The notes under the pieces were generated by a model. The model was not told the DNA's origin and made no database searches. It saw only the letters and a program-made list of their open reading frames with translations. From NCBI GenBank assembly GCA_035463475.1, contig DATHTE010000003.1, forward strand, positions 6,670 to 70,669: 64,000 nucleotides of DNA. The letters run 5' to 3'. Origin of the DNA: Vicinamibacterales bacterium (lineage in GTDB: Bacteria > Acidobacteriota > Vicinamibacteria > Vicinamibacterales > 2-12-FULL-66-21). Every line of letters starts with the position of its first letter. Position 1 is the stretch's first letter. Positions 36,163-46,444 of the stretch are shown piece after piece. The position numbers and the translations under genes are program-made.

Positions 36163-37683
36163 CTAGCTGCCCCCGCGGCGTCCCTTCGGGGCGACCTTCA
36201 CCACGAGCACGCGGCCCCGCACGTTCGCGGGGGTGATGTTCGCTGCGCGCGTGACGGCGCGCCCGGACGGGGTCATCGACGTGACTTCGACGTCGACACG
36301 CCCGTCGGTGGCGAGCCCGACGTGCACCGGCATCACGCTTTGCGAGCAGTAGCCGCCGCCCGAGTCGACGATCCCCATCCCGAGCAGCTTGCGCGTCCCT
36401 GCCGCGAACACACGTACCTCGGCCCCCGCCTGCGTGTCGCGACCGCGCGCGTCCACCACGCGCACCTGCACCGACCTCGCGGCGACGTTGGCGGGCAGCA
36501 GGTTGCGATAGAGCGGGTGGCCTCCCTTTGGGTTGTTGTTGGCGAGCGCCAGGTCGAGATCGCCGTCCTTGTCGAAATCCACCCACACCACGCCGTGCGT
36601 GGCCCCGAACTTCGCGATGTTCTCCGGCATCGCGTTCGTGAAGCGCCCGCCTTCGTTGCGATACAGGAAATCCTTCTCGTTGAGGGGCTTGTCGATGTAC
36701 GACGAGACGTAGACGTCGATCCGGCCGTCGTGGTCGAAGTCGCCCCAGCGCGACGGAGTCGCCTTGTCACCACCAGCAAGACCCAGCTCGCTCGAGACCT
36801 CGGTGAACTTCGCGGGCCCGTCCGCGCGGTACATGTAGTTGTTGCCGTACCCCGCGACGAACAGATCGAGGTCGCCGTCGTTGTCGTAATCCGCGAGCCC
36901 CGGGCCGTTGCTGCCGGAGGTCTGCGGACGTCCGGCGGCGTTCACCCCGAGTTCGGCGCCGACCTCGACGAAACGCGCGCCGTCGTTCCGGTACATCGCG
37001 TTGTTGTCGCCGTTCTGGTTCGCGACGAACAGATCGAGGTCGCCATCCTGGTCCATGTCGAACCACACCGCGCCGACCGTCCGACGCGGATCGTCCATGC
37101 CAAGCTCCTTCCCCACGCTCGTGAACTTGTCGCCGTCGTTGCGGAACAGCAGGTTGGGGGCGTCGCGCAACGCGACGAACAGGTCGAGATCGCCGTCCCG
37201 GTCGAAGTCCACCCACGCCGGCTGCCGCGTCTCGCCGACGACGTCGATGCCCAGGGACTTCGCGACATCGGTGAAGCGCCCGGCCTCGTTGCGGTACACA
37301 CGGCCAGGCGTTTCGGATTTCCGCGTGAAGCCCACGTAGAGATCCGGGTCGCCATCAGCGTCGAAGTCGCCCCACGCGGCCGAGCGCGTGTCCGTGAGAT
37401 CCGCGACACCGGCCGCGGCCGCCACGTCCACGAACGTGCCCGCGTCGTTGCGATACAAACGGTTCGCGATGCCCATGCGGAAGCCGACGAACTGATCGAG
37501 GTCGCCGTCGCTGTCGAAATCGGCCCAGGCGTTCGGCTGCCCGCCCGACGCGGCGAACAACTCGGGTTGCACCGCCTCGAAGACGGGAGCGGCCGGGGCA
37601 CCACCACCGGTCTGAGCCAGGTCCGTCGAACCCGCCAGACCGACCACGACGACTGTCAGACAGATCAGGACCACACGGGTCAT
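36163..37683 (-). CDS. CRTAC1/ASPIC-UnbV family FG-GAP repeat protein, secreted
   Basis: Repeated WxDFDxDGDLDLFV and LYRNDxG motifs plus C-terminal GGYCSQS..HVGL. Start MTRVVLICL at 37683 (AAGGAG SD). Confidence 0.88.
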   Translation of the reverse strand: MTRVVLICLTVVVVGLAGSTDLAQTGGGAPAAPVFEAVQPELFAASGGQPNAWADFDSDGDLDQFVGFRMGIANRLYRNDAGTFVDVAAAAGVADLTDTRSAAWGDFDADGDPDLYVGFTRKSETPGRVYRNEAGRFTDVAKSLGIDVVGETRQPAWVDFDRDGDLDLFVALRDAPNLLFRNDGDKFTSVGKELGMDDPRRTVGAVWFDMDQDGDLDLFVANQNGDNNAMYRNDGARFVEVGAELGVNAAGRPQTSGSNGPGLADYDNDGDLDLFVAGYGNNYMYRADGPAKFTEVSSELGLAGGDKATPSRWGDFDHDGRIDVYVSSYIDKPLNEKDFLYRNEGGRFTNAMPENIAKFGATHGVVWVDFDKDGDLDLALANNNPKGGHPLYRNLLPANVAARSVQVRVVDARGRDTQAGAEVRVFAAGTRKLLGMGIVDSGGGYCSQSVMPVHVGLATDGRVDVEVTSMTPSGRAVTRAANITPANVRGRVLVVKVAPKGRRGGS

Positions 37684-37705
37684 AGCGCGCTCCTTGCCGG
37701 AAGAG

Positions 37706-37751
37706 TTTTCACGAATGCGGCTCAGTCTAGCGCATTGAATGAAAATTTCGC
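37706..37751. promoter_or_regulatory. Operator-like inverted repeat related to the 30565 motif
   Basis: TTTTCACGAATGCG (37706-37719) and CGCATTGAATGAAAATTTCGC (37731-37751); TTGACA at 37769. Confidence 0.55.
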
Positions 37752-37940
37752 CAGTCTGCCGGAATTCCTTGACAAAATGTCGCGTGCGGCCTGAACATAC
37801 CAGTCCAAAGCTTCGGCTGGAAAACTTTCCCGCCGATCTCCACACGCACACACACCGTAGAGAACGATTACAGGTCTGAACCGCTCGACGGGCGCGGGGT
37901 CTTCCCGGCTCTCGCGCGGATCCAGCCACGGAGGTCTCAC

Positions 37941-40784
37941 ATGGCTGCCAGAAGGCCAGGAGTGTTCGCCCTGGCGCTTGCCGTTTGCCTGACGGTTGGC
38001 GCCGGCCCGCTCTTCGCGCAAACCAGCTTCGCGACGCTTAAGGGGTCGATCACCGACGAACAGAAGGCCGTCCTGCCCGGCGCGACGGTGACGATCCGGC
38101 ATCTCGACACGAACACCACCCGCACGGCGGTGACCGACCAACTCGGTCAGTACTTCGTGCCCAACCTGCCCACGGGCACCTACGAGGTCGTCGTGACGAT
38201 GTCAGGTTTCGGCGACGTCAAGCGGGAGATCGCGCTCCGCGTCGGGCAGGAGGCGGTGCTGGACCTGACGATGGGGATCGCAACGCTCGAACAGGCGGTC
38301 ACGGTCTCCGGCCAGGCGGCGCTCGTCGAAACGCGCACCACGGTGGGCGGCCTGATCACGAACAAGCAGATCGACGAGTTGCCGACGATCGCGCGCGACT
38401 TCTCCGACCTCGCGAAGCTCGCGCCGGGGATCACCTCCACCGGGCAGAGCGGGATGGGCTTCTCCACGGCGGGACAGAAGCAGTACCAGAACAACGTGTT
38501 CGTGGACGGCGCGACCAACGCGATGCAGTTCTACGGCACGCAGGCCGAGTCGTATCCCCAGGACTGGATCCAGGAATTCCAGGTGATGACCAACGGCTTC
38601 TCCGCCGAGTTCGGGCAGGCGTCGGGCGGCGTGCTGAACGTGATCACGCGCAGCGGATCCAACCGGGTGCAGGGGCGGGTCTACGGCTTTTTCCGCGACG
38701 ACCGCTTCGATACGGCGCCCTACGCCGGGCGCTTCGTCAGCGGCGAGCCGCAGTACCTCGACAGCCCGCCGGAGTACGGCCAGCAGCGCTGGGGCGGGTT
38801 CCTGGGCGGACCGATCGTGAAGGACAAGACATTCTTCTTCGCGGGCGCGGAAAACCTCGACAACGAGGCAACGACGGTGCTCGCGCTGTCGAACTACTGG
38901 CGCGACCAGGGGTACGAGACGGTTCTCCCCTCCGAGAACACCAACCGCGTGTATATGGTCAAGGCCGACTGGAACGCGAGCCAGAAGAACCGCTTCTCGT
39001 TCCGGCACAGCCGCACGGCCAAGACCGACAAGAACTGCAGCGGCCAGGGGGGCGATGGCTGCAACAGCAGTCCGCTCTGGAGCGAGGAAAAGCGCGCGAC
39101 GTTCGACGGCCCGCTGTGGAGCGTGCTGGGCAACTGGACGAGCACGCTGAGCAGCCGCGCGTTCAACGAGCTGCGCGCGTACTACGGCGTCAATAAACTG
39201 TTCATCACGTGCAACCTCGCCGGCACCTACGGGCTCGATCTGCTGCAGAAGAACGCCTCGACCGGCCAGTACACCGAGCGCTCGCATCCCGGCGGCGCGT
39301 TCGGCTGCTCGACCACCGGCGGGCTCGAAGGGGAGACGAACCTGTACTTCAACGACACCTTCATGTGGGTGCTCGGACGCCACCAGGTGAAGTTCGGCGG
39401 CCAGCTCGCGCGGGTGAATTTCCTGATGGACATCGACGCGTCGCAGAAGGGGCGCTGGAGCTTCCCGAGCGACCGGGTGTTCAACATCAACGATCCGGCG
39501 AGCTACCCCGATCAGTTCAACGCAGCGATCGGCACCGCCACCCACAGCGAGGCGCGCTGGAACCAGAGCCTGTTTATCCAGGACACCTGGCAGGCGCGAC
39601 CCAACCTGACGCTGAACTTCGGGCTGCGGTACGACATCGACAACACGATCCTCGTGGGGAACGATCTCGTTGACGCCCGCAACCAGCGCTACGTGCAGAA
39701 CCTCGGCGTCACGCCACCGCTGAACAAAGTGAAGCGCGACGTGAATAACGTCGCGCCGCGCGCCGGCTTTGTCTGGCTGCCCACAGCCGACCGCCTCTGG
39801 TCGATCCGCGGGAGCGTCGGCGTGTTCTACGACCAGAATCACTTCAACTACAACGACGTCTACACGAACCAGACGCTGCTGGCCGAGCGGCGCGTGTCGT
39901 TCAACGCCAACAGCTCCACGGCCAACCCGTTCTGGCCGGACCGCAACGCGATGCGCGCGTTCCTGGCGCGCAACTTCCCGCTGTTCCCCGACCTGTCGTC
40001 GCTCGGGATCATTCCGGAACTCGTCGTCGCGCTGGCGCCCGACTTCCGCATTCCCTACACGATTCAGGCGACCGTGGGCTTCTCGCGGCAAATCGGCCCC
40101 CGGATGTCCGTCCAGGCCGACTACGTGCACGCGCGCGGCGACGACTCGGTCATCGCCCGCGATCAGAACGTGGTGCTCGTCAACGGGCAGTTCGTGGGCG
40201 CCGACCCGCGCTACACGGGCCTGAATATCATCGAGAATGGTGGGTGGACGCGCTACAACGGCCTGCAGACGCGCGCGGAGTTCCGGACGACTCCGGCGCG
40301 GATCGGCATGTCCTACACGCTGGCCAAGGCGACATCCAACACGCTCGCCACGCAGGTGAGCGGCACCGCCGCGACCAACCCGCTCGACCTGACGATCGAC
40401 GAGGGGCCGACCAACGAGGATCGCCGCCATGTGCTCGCCGTCGACGGCTCGTACCTGCTGCCGTTGGACTTCCAGGTGTCGGGCCTGTGGCGTTACTACA
40501 GCCCGCTGCCCTACAGCGTCAGCAGCCGGTTCGTCGTGTTCGCGCGTCCCGAGCCGCGCAACTCGCGGCGCGGCGACGACGAGTACAACATGGACCTGCG
40601 CGTCGGAAAGAACTTCAAGCTCGGCGGCCGCGCGAGCGCGGGGGTCTTCTGGGAGATGTTCAACGTGTTCAACACCGACAACTTCCAGGCGTTCCAGGGC
40701 TCGCTCGAGTCCACGTCGTTCGGCGTGCCGGCGCGCGCCCTGGCGAAGCGGCGCCAGCAGTTTGGCTTCCGCTTTGATTTCTAG
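37941..40784 (+). CDS. TonB-dependent receptor 2, close paralog of receptor 1
   Basis: Shares PQDWIQEFQV, FDGPLWSVLGNWTST, DRVFNINDPASYP and RRQQFGxRFDF with TBDR1; GGAGG SD. Confidence 0.92.
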   Translation: MAARRPGVFALALAVCLTVGAGPLFAQTSFATLKGSITDEQKAVLPGATVTIRHLDTNTTRTAVTDQLGQYFVPNLPTGTYEVVVTMSGFGDVKREIALRVGQEAVLDLTMGIATLEQAVTVSGQAALVETRTTVGGLITNKQIDELPTIARDFSDLAKLAPGITSTGQSGMGFSTAGQKQYQNNVFVDGATNAMQFYGTQAESYPQDWIQEFQVMTNGFSAEFGQASGGVLNVITRSGSNRVQGRVYGFFRDDRFDTAPYAGRFVSGEPQYLDSPPEYGQQRWGGFLGGPIVKDKTFFFAGAENLDNEATTVLALSNYWRDQGYETVLPSENTNRVYMVKADWNASQKNRFSFRHSRTAKTDKNCSGQGGDGCNSSPLWSEEKRATFDGPLWSVLGNWTSTLSSRAFNELRAYYGVNKLFITCNLAGTYGLDLLQKNASTGQYTERSHPGGAFGCSTTGGLEGETNLYFNDTFMWVLGRHQVKFGGQLARVNFLMDIDASQKGRWSFPSDRVFNINDPASYPDQFNAAIGTATHSEARWNQSLFIQDTWQARPNLTLNFGLRYDIDNTILVGNDLVDARNQRYVQNLGVTPPLNKVKRDVNNVAPRAGFVWLPTADRLWSIRGSVGVFYDQNHFNYNDVYTNQTLLAERRVSFNANSSTANPFWPDRNAMRAFLARNFPLFPDLSSLGIIPELVVALAPDFRIPYTIQATVGFSRQIGPRMSVQADYVHARGDDSVIARDQNVVLVNGQFVGADPRYTGLNIIENGGWTRYNGLQTRAEFRTTPARIGMSYTLAKATSNTLATQVSGTAATNPLDLTIDEGPTNEDRRHVLAVDGSYLLPLDFQVSGLWRYYSPLPYSVSSRFVVFARPEPRNSRRGDDEYNMDLRVGKNFKLGGRASAGVFWEMFNVFNTDNFQAFQGSLESTSFGVPARALAKRRQQFGFRFDF

Positions 40785-40793
40785 GAGTTGTCG

Positions 40794-42401
40794 ATGACTC
40801 GATCGATGCGATTGATCGCGAGCGCCACGTGTGTGGCGCTCGCGCTTGGCGTCGCGGTGACGGCGCAGGAAAGGCTCGACTACGCGGCGCTCGGCAAGAT
40901 CCAGGACGAGGGCCTGAAACGCTCGCAGGTGATGGACCACGCCTGGTGGCTGTCGGACGTATACGGCCCGCGGCTGACGGGATCGCCTGGCATCAAGCAG
41001 GCGGGTGACTGGGCCGTGAAGCGCCTCACCGAATGGGGGCTCGCGAACGCTCACCAGGAGAAGTGGAAGTTCGGGAAAGGCTGGTCGCTGCAGCGCTTCA
41101 GCGCCCACATGGTCGAGCCCCAGATCCAGCCGCTCATCGGCTACCCGAAGTCCTGGACTCCGGGCACGAAGGGCGTGGCGACGGCCGACGTGGTCGCGGT
41201 GTCGATCCGCTCCGAAGCGGACTTCGCGAAATACAAGGGGCAGCTCGCCGGCAGGATCGTGCTGACCCAACCCGAGCGGGAAGTGAAGATGCTCGACGGG
41301 CGCGTCGTCTGGCGCATGGACGATCAGATGCTCGCGGAGGCGGAGCGGATGCCGGTGCCGGGACGCCCCGCGCCGCCACGCCCGAGCGGCCCGAGCCTGC
41401 AGGACAAGATCAACCAGTTCCTGCTCGCCGAGGGGGTCGTCGCGGCGTTCGATCGCGGCAGTGACGCGTCGATGGTGGCCATGGGCGGCATGGAGAACCT
41501 CGAGGCGTTGACGCAGCGCACCGACGGCGGCACCGTGTTCGTGATGGGCGGCGGTCCGCACGACGAGAACGCGGGCAAGGTCGTGCCGCAGGTCACGCTC
41601 GCGGTCGAACACTACAACCGCATGGTCCGTCTCCTCGAGCGGAAGATTCCCGTCAAGGTGGAGCTGAACATCCAGGCGACGTTCCACGACGAGGTCGATG
41701 CAAACGGCTTCAACGTCATCGCGGATCTGCCCGGCACCGATCCGTCGGGCGAGGTCGTGATGCTCGGTGCGCACCTTGACAGCGGGCACTCGGCGACCGG
41801 CGCCACTGACAACGGCACCGGGTGCGCGGTGCTCATGGAGGCGATGCGCATCCTCCAGGCCACGGGCGTGAAGCCGCGGCGGACGATCCGCCTCGCGCTC
41901 TGGGGCGGCGAGGAACAGGGCTACGCCGGCGCGCGCGCGTACGTGCGTGACCACCTCGCCGACGTGAAGACGATGCAGCTCAAGCCGGAGCACGGCCAGC
42001 TGTCGGCGTACTACAACCTGGACAACGGCGCCGGAAAGATCCGCGGTGTGTGGATGCAGGGGAACCTGGCGATCACGCCGATCTTCCGCGAGTGGATCGA
42101 GCCGCTGCGCGGCTTCGGCGTGAGCACGCTGTCGCCGCGGATCGTGAGCGGATCGGACTACGTCGCGTTCGACGAGGTAGGAATCCCCGCGTTCCAGTTC
42201 ATCCAGGATCGCCTGGAGTACAATTCGCGGACGCACCACTCGAACATGGACGTCTACGATCGCGTACAGCGCGACGACCTCGTCCAGATGGCCGTCGTGA
42301 CCGCGACCTTCGCGTACAACACGGCGATGCGCGCCGAGAAGCTGCCGCGCAAGCCGCTGCCGGCACCGACTGCTCCGCCTCGCATGACGTCGCAGCCCTG
42401 A
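40794..42401 (+). CDS. Secreted M28 family aminopeptidase/carboxypeptidase Q-like
   Basis: GPRLTGSP, GAHLDS, GATDNGTG, WGGEEQG, YNLDNG, HHSNMD. ATG at 40794 follows AGGAG. Confidence 0.9.
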   Translation: MTRSMRLIASATCVALALGVAVTAQERLDYAALGKIQDEGLKRSQVMDHAWWLSDVYGPRLTGSPGIKQAGDWAVKRLTEWGLANAHQEKWKFGKGWSLQRFSAHMVEPQIQPLIGYPKSWTPGTKGVATADVVAVSIRSEADFAKYKGQLAGRIVLTQPEREVKMLDGRVVWRMDDQMLAEAERMPVPGRPAPPRPSGPSLQDKINQFLLAEGVVAAFDRGSDASMVAMGGMENLEALTQRTDGGTVFVMGGGPHDENAGKVVPQVTLAVEHYNRMVRLLERKIPVKVELNIQATFHDEVDANGFNVIADLPGTDPSGEVVMLGAHLDSGHSATGATDNGTGCAVLMEAMRILQATGVKPRRTIRLALWGGEEQGYAGARAYVRDHLADVKTMQLKPEHGQLSAYYNLDNGAGKIRGVWMQGNLAITPIFREWIEPLRGFGVSTLSPRIVSGSDYVAFDEVGIPAFQFIQDRLEYNSRTHHSNMDVYDRVQRDDLVQMAVVTATFAYNTAMRAEKLPRKPLPAPTAPPRMTSQP

Positions 42402-42426
42402 CGGGTGACGGTCCCGATAGCCGGAC

Positions 42427-42451
42427 GCCAGCGCGCTCCGCGCGCGCTGGC
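42427..42451. terminator. GC-rich hairpin between convergent operons
   Basis: Perfect 10-bp stem GCCAGCGCGC/GCGCGCTGGC; no U-tract. Confidence 0.5.
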
Positions 42452-42458
42452 ATCCGTG

Positions 42459-44225
42459 CTACCTAGTAACGGTAGGAACTTCGCGCCAGCCCCTGGCGGT
42501 TCGAAGTTGCTCCCGCAGCTTGAGGCTGGCAGGTTCGTCAACCGTCCATGTCGCCGGATCGATGACGACACCGTAGTCGTCTCGCGCTGACGACAAGGAC
42601 ACGAGTTCGTTCCGCACGTCTCTGAGCACCCTAGCGGGCTCGCGGTCGAGCGGATCGCCCCAGCCGCCCGCCCCTGGCTGCTCGTGCCTGAACACCTCCC
42701 CGCGCCTGATGCGCATCGTCAACTTTGCAGGAAGATCACGGTTGTCCGAATTGGGGTTGAGCACGTTGCGTGACGGCTTTCCTGGCTGTCCTCCGTAGAG
42801 ACCATAGGGTCTGAAGATGCGTCGGTCGGCGCGAACCTGAAGGACGGCTTCCTCTTCGAGCAGCCGGTAGTCCCTTCGAAGCGACATCCCTCCGCGATGC
42901 TTCCCCGGTCCCCCGACGTCCTGAATGAACTCGCAGCAGAGGATTTCCAGAGGCTGCTCGACTTCGGTCATCTCCGCCGACGGCAGGGAGATATTGGTGA
43001 ACAGGTTCGCATTACCGTCCAGGCCGTCCGCCCACGGGCGACCACCCCAGGCGGTGCAAAAGAACTCCACGAAGATGAACGGCGTTCGATCCGGATAGTA
43101 GCCACCGATCGAAACGCCCGTATTCCCGCCTTCGGAGGCCGCAACGATGCGGTCTGGCAGCATTCGCGCCAACGCACCGAAACACGTGTCGACCATTCGA
43201 AAGCCCGTGAGCCCCCGAGCGGCGCACGCCGCAGGAACCACAGCATTGGCAATGGTGCCCGGCGGAGCGACTACTTCGATCGCGCGGTAGAATCCAGCGT
43301 TACACGGAATATCCGATGGCAGTACCGATTTCATGCAGGTGTACGTGGCGGCTTTCGTGTACGAGAGCGTATTGTTGATGGCACCTTTGACCTGCGGCGA
43401 ACTCCCGGTCCAGTCAACGACGAGATGATCTCCCTTCTTTCGCAGCGTGACCTGCAGTGGGATCGCGATTCCCAAGTCCACGCCGTCATCGTCAATCCAG
43501 TCGGTGAAACTCCACTCCCCGTCCGGTAATGCCCCGACAGCCGCACGCGTCATGCGCTCCGTATAGTCCAATATCTGGTCCATGTGGGCGGTGACGCGGG
43601 CTGCGCCGTCCTTGCGGAGGAGACGTAGAAACGCATCCTCTGCGATGTGGCACGCGGCCAATTGCGCGCGGATGTCTCCAAGCACCCGAACGGGCAGGCG
43701 CACGTTTGTCTCCAGAAGCCGGAACAGCGTCTCGTTCGGCTCTCCAGCGTCGTACATCTTCACGGGCGGTATGCGCAGTCCCTCCTGGAATATCTCCGTC
43801 GAATCAGAAGCGTTTGAGCCGGCGACGCGCCCGCCCATGTCAGTCTGGTGGCAGATCGTGGCAGCAAACGCAATCCGTTTGCCCTCGAAGAAAATTGGTT
43901 TGAGGACGAAGAGGTCCGGGAGGTGCATCCCCCCCTCGAAGGGATCGTTCAGGCAGTACACGTCTCCGGGGCGCATTCGATCGCCATAACGCTCGAGAAC
44001 GGCCCCAAGTGCGTCCGGGAACGACGCGAGATGCGCCGGCAGTGTCAGTCCCTGTGCAACCGTCCGCCCTGCTGCGTCTGCCAGGGCGGTTGAATAATCC
44101 ATGTTGTCTTTGAGAACACCGGAGTACGAGGTCCTCAGGATCGTCAACGCCATTTCGTCGGCGATGGACAGCAGCACGTTTTTGAAAACTTCAAACTCGA
44201 TAGGATCGCGCGGTGAATCGCTCAC
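42459..44225 (-). CDS. hyuB: Hydantoinase B/oxoprolinase subunit
   Basis: DPIEFEV, RTSYS, DYSTAL, LNDPFEGGMHLPD, HQTDMGG, EIFQEGLRIPP, GAGGWGDP. Confidence 0.9.
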   Translation of the reverse strand: MSDSPRDPIEFEVFKNVLLSIADEMALTILRTSYSGVLKDNMDYSTALADAAGRTVAQGLTLPAHLASFPDALGAVLERYGDRMRPGDVYCLNDPFEGGMHLPDLFVLKPIFFEGKRIAFAATICHQTDMGGRVAGSNASDSTEIFQEGLRIPPVKMYDAGEPNETLFRLLETNVRLPVRVLGDIRAQLAACHIAEDAFLRLLRKDGAARVTAHMDQILDYTERMTRAAVGALPDGEWSFTDWIDDDGVDLGIAIPLQVTLRKKGDHLVVDWTGSSPQVKGAINNTLSYTKAATYTCMKSVLPSDIPCNAGFYRAIEVVAPPGTIANAVVPAACAARGLTGFRMVDTCFGALARMLPDRIVAASEGGNTGVSIGGYYPDRTPFIFVEFFCTAWGGRPWADGLDGNANLFTNISLPSAEMTEVEQPLEILCCEFIQDVGGPGKHRGGMSLRRDYRLLEEEAVLQVRADRRIFRPYGLYGGQPGKPSRNVLNPNSDNRDLPAKLTMRIRRGEVFRHEQPGAGGWGDPLDREPARVLRDVRNELVSLSSARDDYGVVIDPATWTVDEPASLKLREQLRTARGWREVPTVTR

Positions 44226-44264
44226 GGTGGCTCCCCTTGCACCTCACGGCTGCTTCGCGGGTCA

Positions 44265-46361
44265 TCATTGCTGAAGCGTGATGACGATGTTTCCGACCTC
44301 ATCGGCGGCAGCATTCGCACCTGGAGGGATCACGCAGGTCGAGTCGTACTCCTCGACGATGCAGGGTCCCGATCGGTGGACGGCGAGGTCCGCGCGGGTG
44401 AGGATCGGCGTTTTCAACCAACCCGAGTCGGGCCCGAAGTACACGCGGCGGCACGGGAATGGATCCGCGGCGTTCCGTCGTTGGGCCACGTCCAATCTCG
44501 CCGCCGCGCGGGGCTTATCCGGAACGCCGCGGCCGACAACGCGCAAGCTCACGATCTCCATCGGTTCGTGAGGCCCGGCGCGATGTCCATACATGCGCTC
44601 GTGTTCACGAGCGAACCCTTCCTCCAGGGCGGTCATGGCGTCGCGATCAATGGCGCCGGAAGGTGCAGAAATCGTTAGTTCGTATGACTGCCCTTGATAG
44701 CGCATGTCGACGGCGCGCCAGAGGCGGGCACGGTCACCAGTGAACCCTTCGGCGGCAAGCCGCTCGAGGGCACGCCCCTCCATTCCGTCCCAGACCCCGT
44801 TGAGCGCGTGCAGATCGAGATCGCGAGTCCCGTGCCACCACGTCTGCACGTAGTGGTGTTCCACATCGGAGTACACGAGGCCGAACGCCGAGAAGAGCCC
44901 CGGAGAAGGCGGCACGACGATACGGGCGATCTCGAGGGACCGGGCGATTCCTGCGGCGAACAGCGGTCCATTGCCTCCGAATGCGAAGAGGACGTAATCA
45001 CGCGGGTCACGACCGCGCTCGCTCGACACTGCCCGGATCGCGCGCCTCATGTTCGCGGCCGCGATCACGTGTGCGCCGTAGGCGGCTTCTTCGAGCCGCA
45101 TGACGAGCGGCTTCGCGACCTTTTTCTCGAAGACCGCTAGGGAACGCGCGGCATTCAGCTTCACTGCACCACCGGCAAGCTGGAAAGGGTTCAGATAGCC
45201 GAGAATGACATTGGCGTCGGTGATGGTGGGCTCCGTCCCGCCGAGGTCATAGCAGAGTGGGCCGGGAAAGGCCCCCGCGCTTCGGGGGCCGACCTGAAGC
45301 GACCCCCCCGAGTCGATCCATACCACCGAGCCCCCGCCAGCGCCGACCTCCGCCAGATCGATCGCGGGAACTCGAATGAGATACCCCGCGCCCGACAGCA
45401 GGCGGGAACCGTGCATCATGCCCCCGCCCACCTGGTATTCGGCCGCCCGAGTCACCTCGCCGTCTTGAACGATCGACGCTTTTGCCGTCGTCCCCCCCAT
45501 GTCGAAGGTGATCGCCCTTGAGAGCCCCATTCTGCGCGCGAGGAACTGTGCGCCCACGACGCCGGCAGCGGGCCCTGACTCGATGATGTGCACGGGCATC
45601 CGGCACGCAGCCGCAGCGGTCATAAGACCACCGTTGGATTGCATGATTAGAATCGGAGCAGTCACGCCAATTCGCTGAAGCCCCACTCGCAGTGCCTCGA
45701 GATAGGCTCGCACAACCGGCATCACGTACGTGTTGATGGCTGTCGTGGACGTTCTCTCGTACTCTCTGATTGCGGGCTCGACATCAACGCTGATGCAGAC
45801 CGGTAGGTCCGGATGGTGGCGCTCCAAGTACGCCTTGATCTGCTCCTCGTGGACGGGATTCGCGTACGAGTTGAGGAGGCACACCGCAATCGCTTCGACG
45901 TTCTCGCCGATCAGCCGTTGGACCGCTTGGTCGACGTCCGCCTCGTCCAGTGACCTGAGGACCTGGCCGCGCGCGTTCACGCGTTCATCGACCTCGAGTC
46001 GCAGGTACCGCTCCACCAGCGGAACGGGCTTCTGCCATTGGAGGTCGTACAGATTCGGCATCCGCAAGCGCCTGATTTCCAGAACGTCACGAAATCCTTT
46101 GGTCGTGATCAAGCCCGTGCGTGCTCCCCGGAGTTCGAGGATCGCGTTCGAAGCGACCGTCGTCCCGTGAAGGATTTCGCTAATCTCAGCGGGCGCCACA
46201 CCAGCTTCGGCGAACACCTGCACGAGCCCGTCGACAATGGCGCGCGAGTAATCGTCTACCGTCGAAGAGATCTTCTTTGTGTGGACCTGACCGTCCTCGT
46301 CGAGGAAGACGATGTCGGTAAACGTTCCCCCGATGTCGACCCCCACCCTGAAGGCACTCAT
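44265..46361 (-). CDS. hyuA: Hydantoinase A/oxoprolinase subunit (ATP-binding)
   Basis: GVDIGGTFTD, HGTTVASNA, REYERTSTT, ESGPAAG, DMGGTT, VGAGGGS, SAGAFPGP. Start at 46361. Confidence 0.92.
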   Translation of the reverse strand: MSAFRVGVDIGGTFTDIVFLDEDGQVHTKKISSTVDDYSRAIVDGLVQVFAEAGVAPAEISEILHGTTVASNAILELRGARTGLITTKGFRDVLEIRRLRMPNLYDLQWQKPVPLVERYLRLEVDERVNARGQVLRSLDEADVDQAVQRLIGENVEAIAVCLLNSYANPVHEEQIKAYLERHHPDLPVCISVDVEPAIREYERTSTTAINTYVMPVVRAYLEALRVGLQRIGVTAPILIMQSNGGLMTAAAACRMPVHIIESGPAAGVVGAQFLARRMGLSRAITFDMGGTTAKASIVQDGEVTRAAEYQVGGGMMHGSRLLSGAGYLIRVPAIDLAEVGAGGGSVVWIDSGGSLQVGPRSAGAFPGPLCYDLGGTEPTITDANVILGYLNPFQLAGGAVKLNAARSLAVFEKKVAKPLVMRLEEAAYGAHVIAAANMRRAIRAVSSERGRDPRDYVLFAFGGNGPLFAAGIARSLEIARIVVPPSPGLFSAFGLVYSDVEHHYVQTWWHGTRDLDLHALNGVWDGMEGRALERLAAEGFTGDRARLWRAVDMRYQGQSYELTISAPSGAIDRDAMTALEEGFAREHERMYGHRAGPHEPMEIVSLRVVGRGVPDKPRAAARLDVAQRRNAADPFPCRRVYFGPDSGWLKTPILTRADLAVHRSGPCIVEEYDSTCVIPPGANAAADEVGNIVITLQQ

Positions 46362-46444
46362 GCCCGGGCTCCGCACCCGCAGGACTCGCCGAGTTTCATC
46401 TGTGACGCGGCCCTCCTCGCGCTGGACCGGCGGTCATGGCATCG

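Noticed and set aside
42402-42458. Integration (att) site at the island edge
   Set aside because: Only a hairpin is present; no tRNA, integrase or direct repeat was seen.
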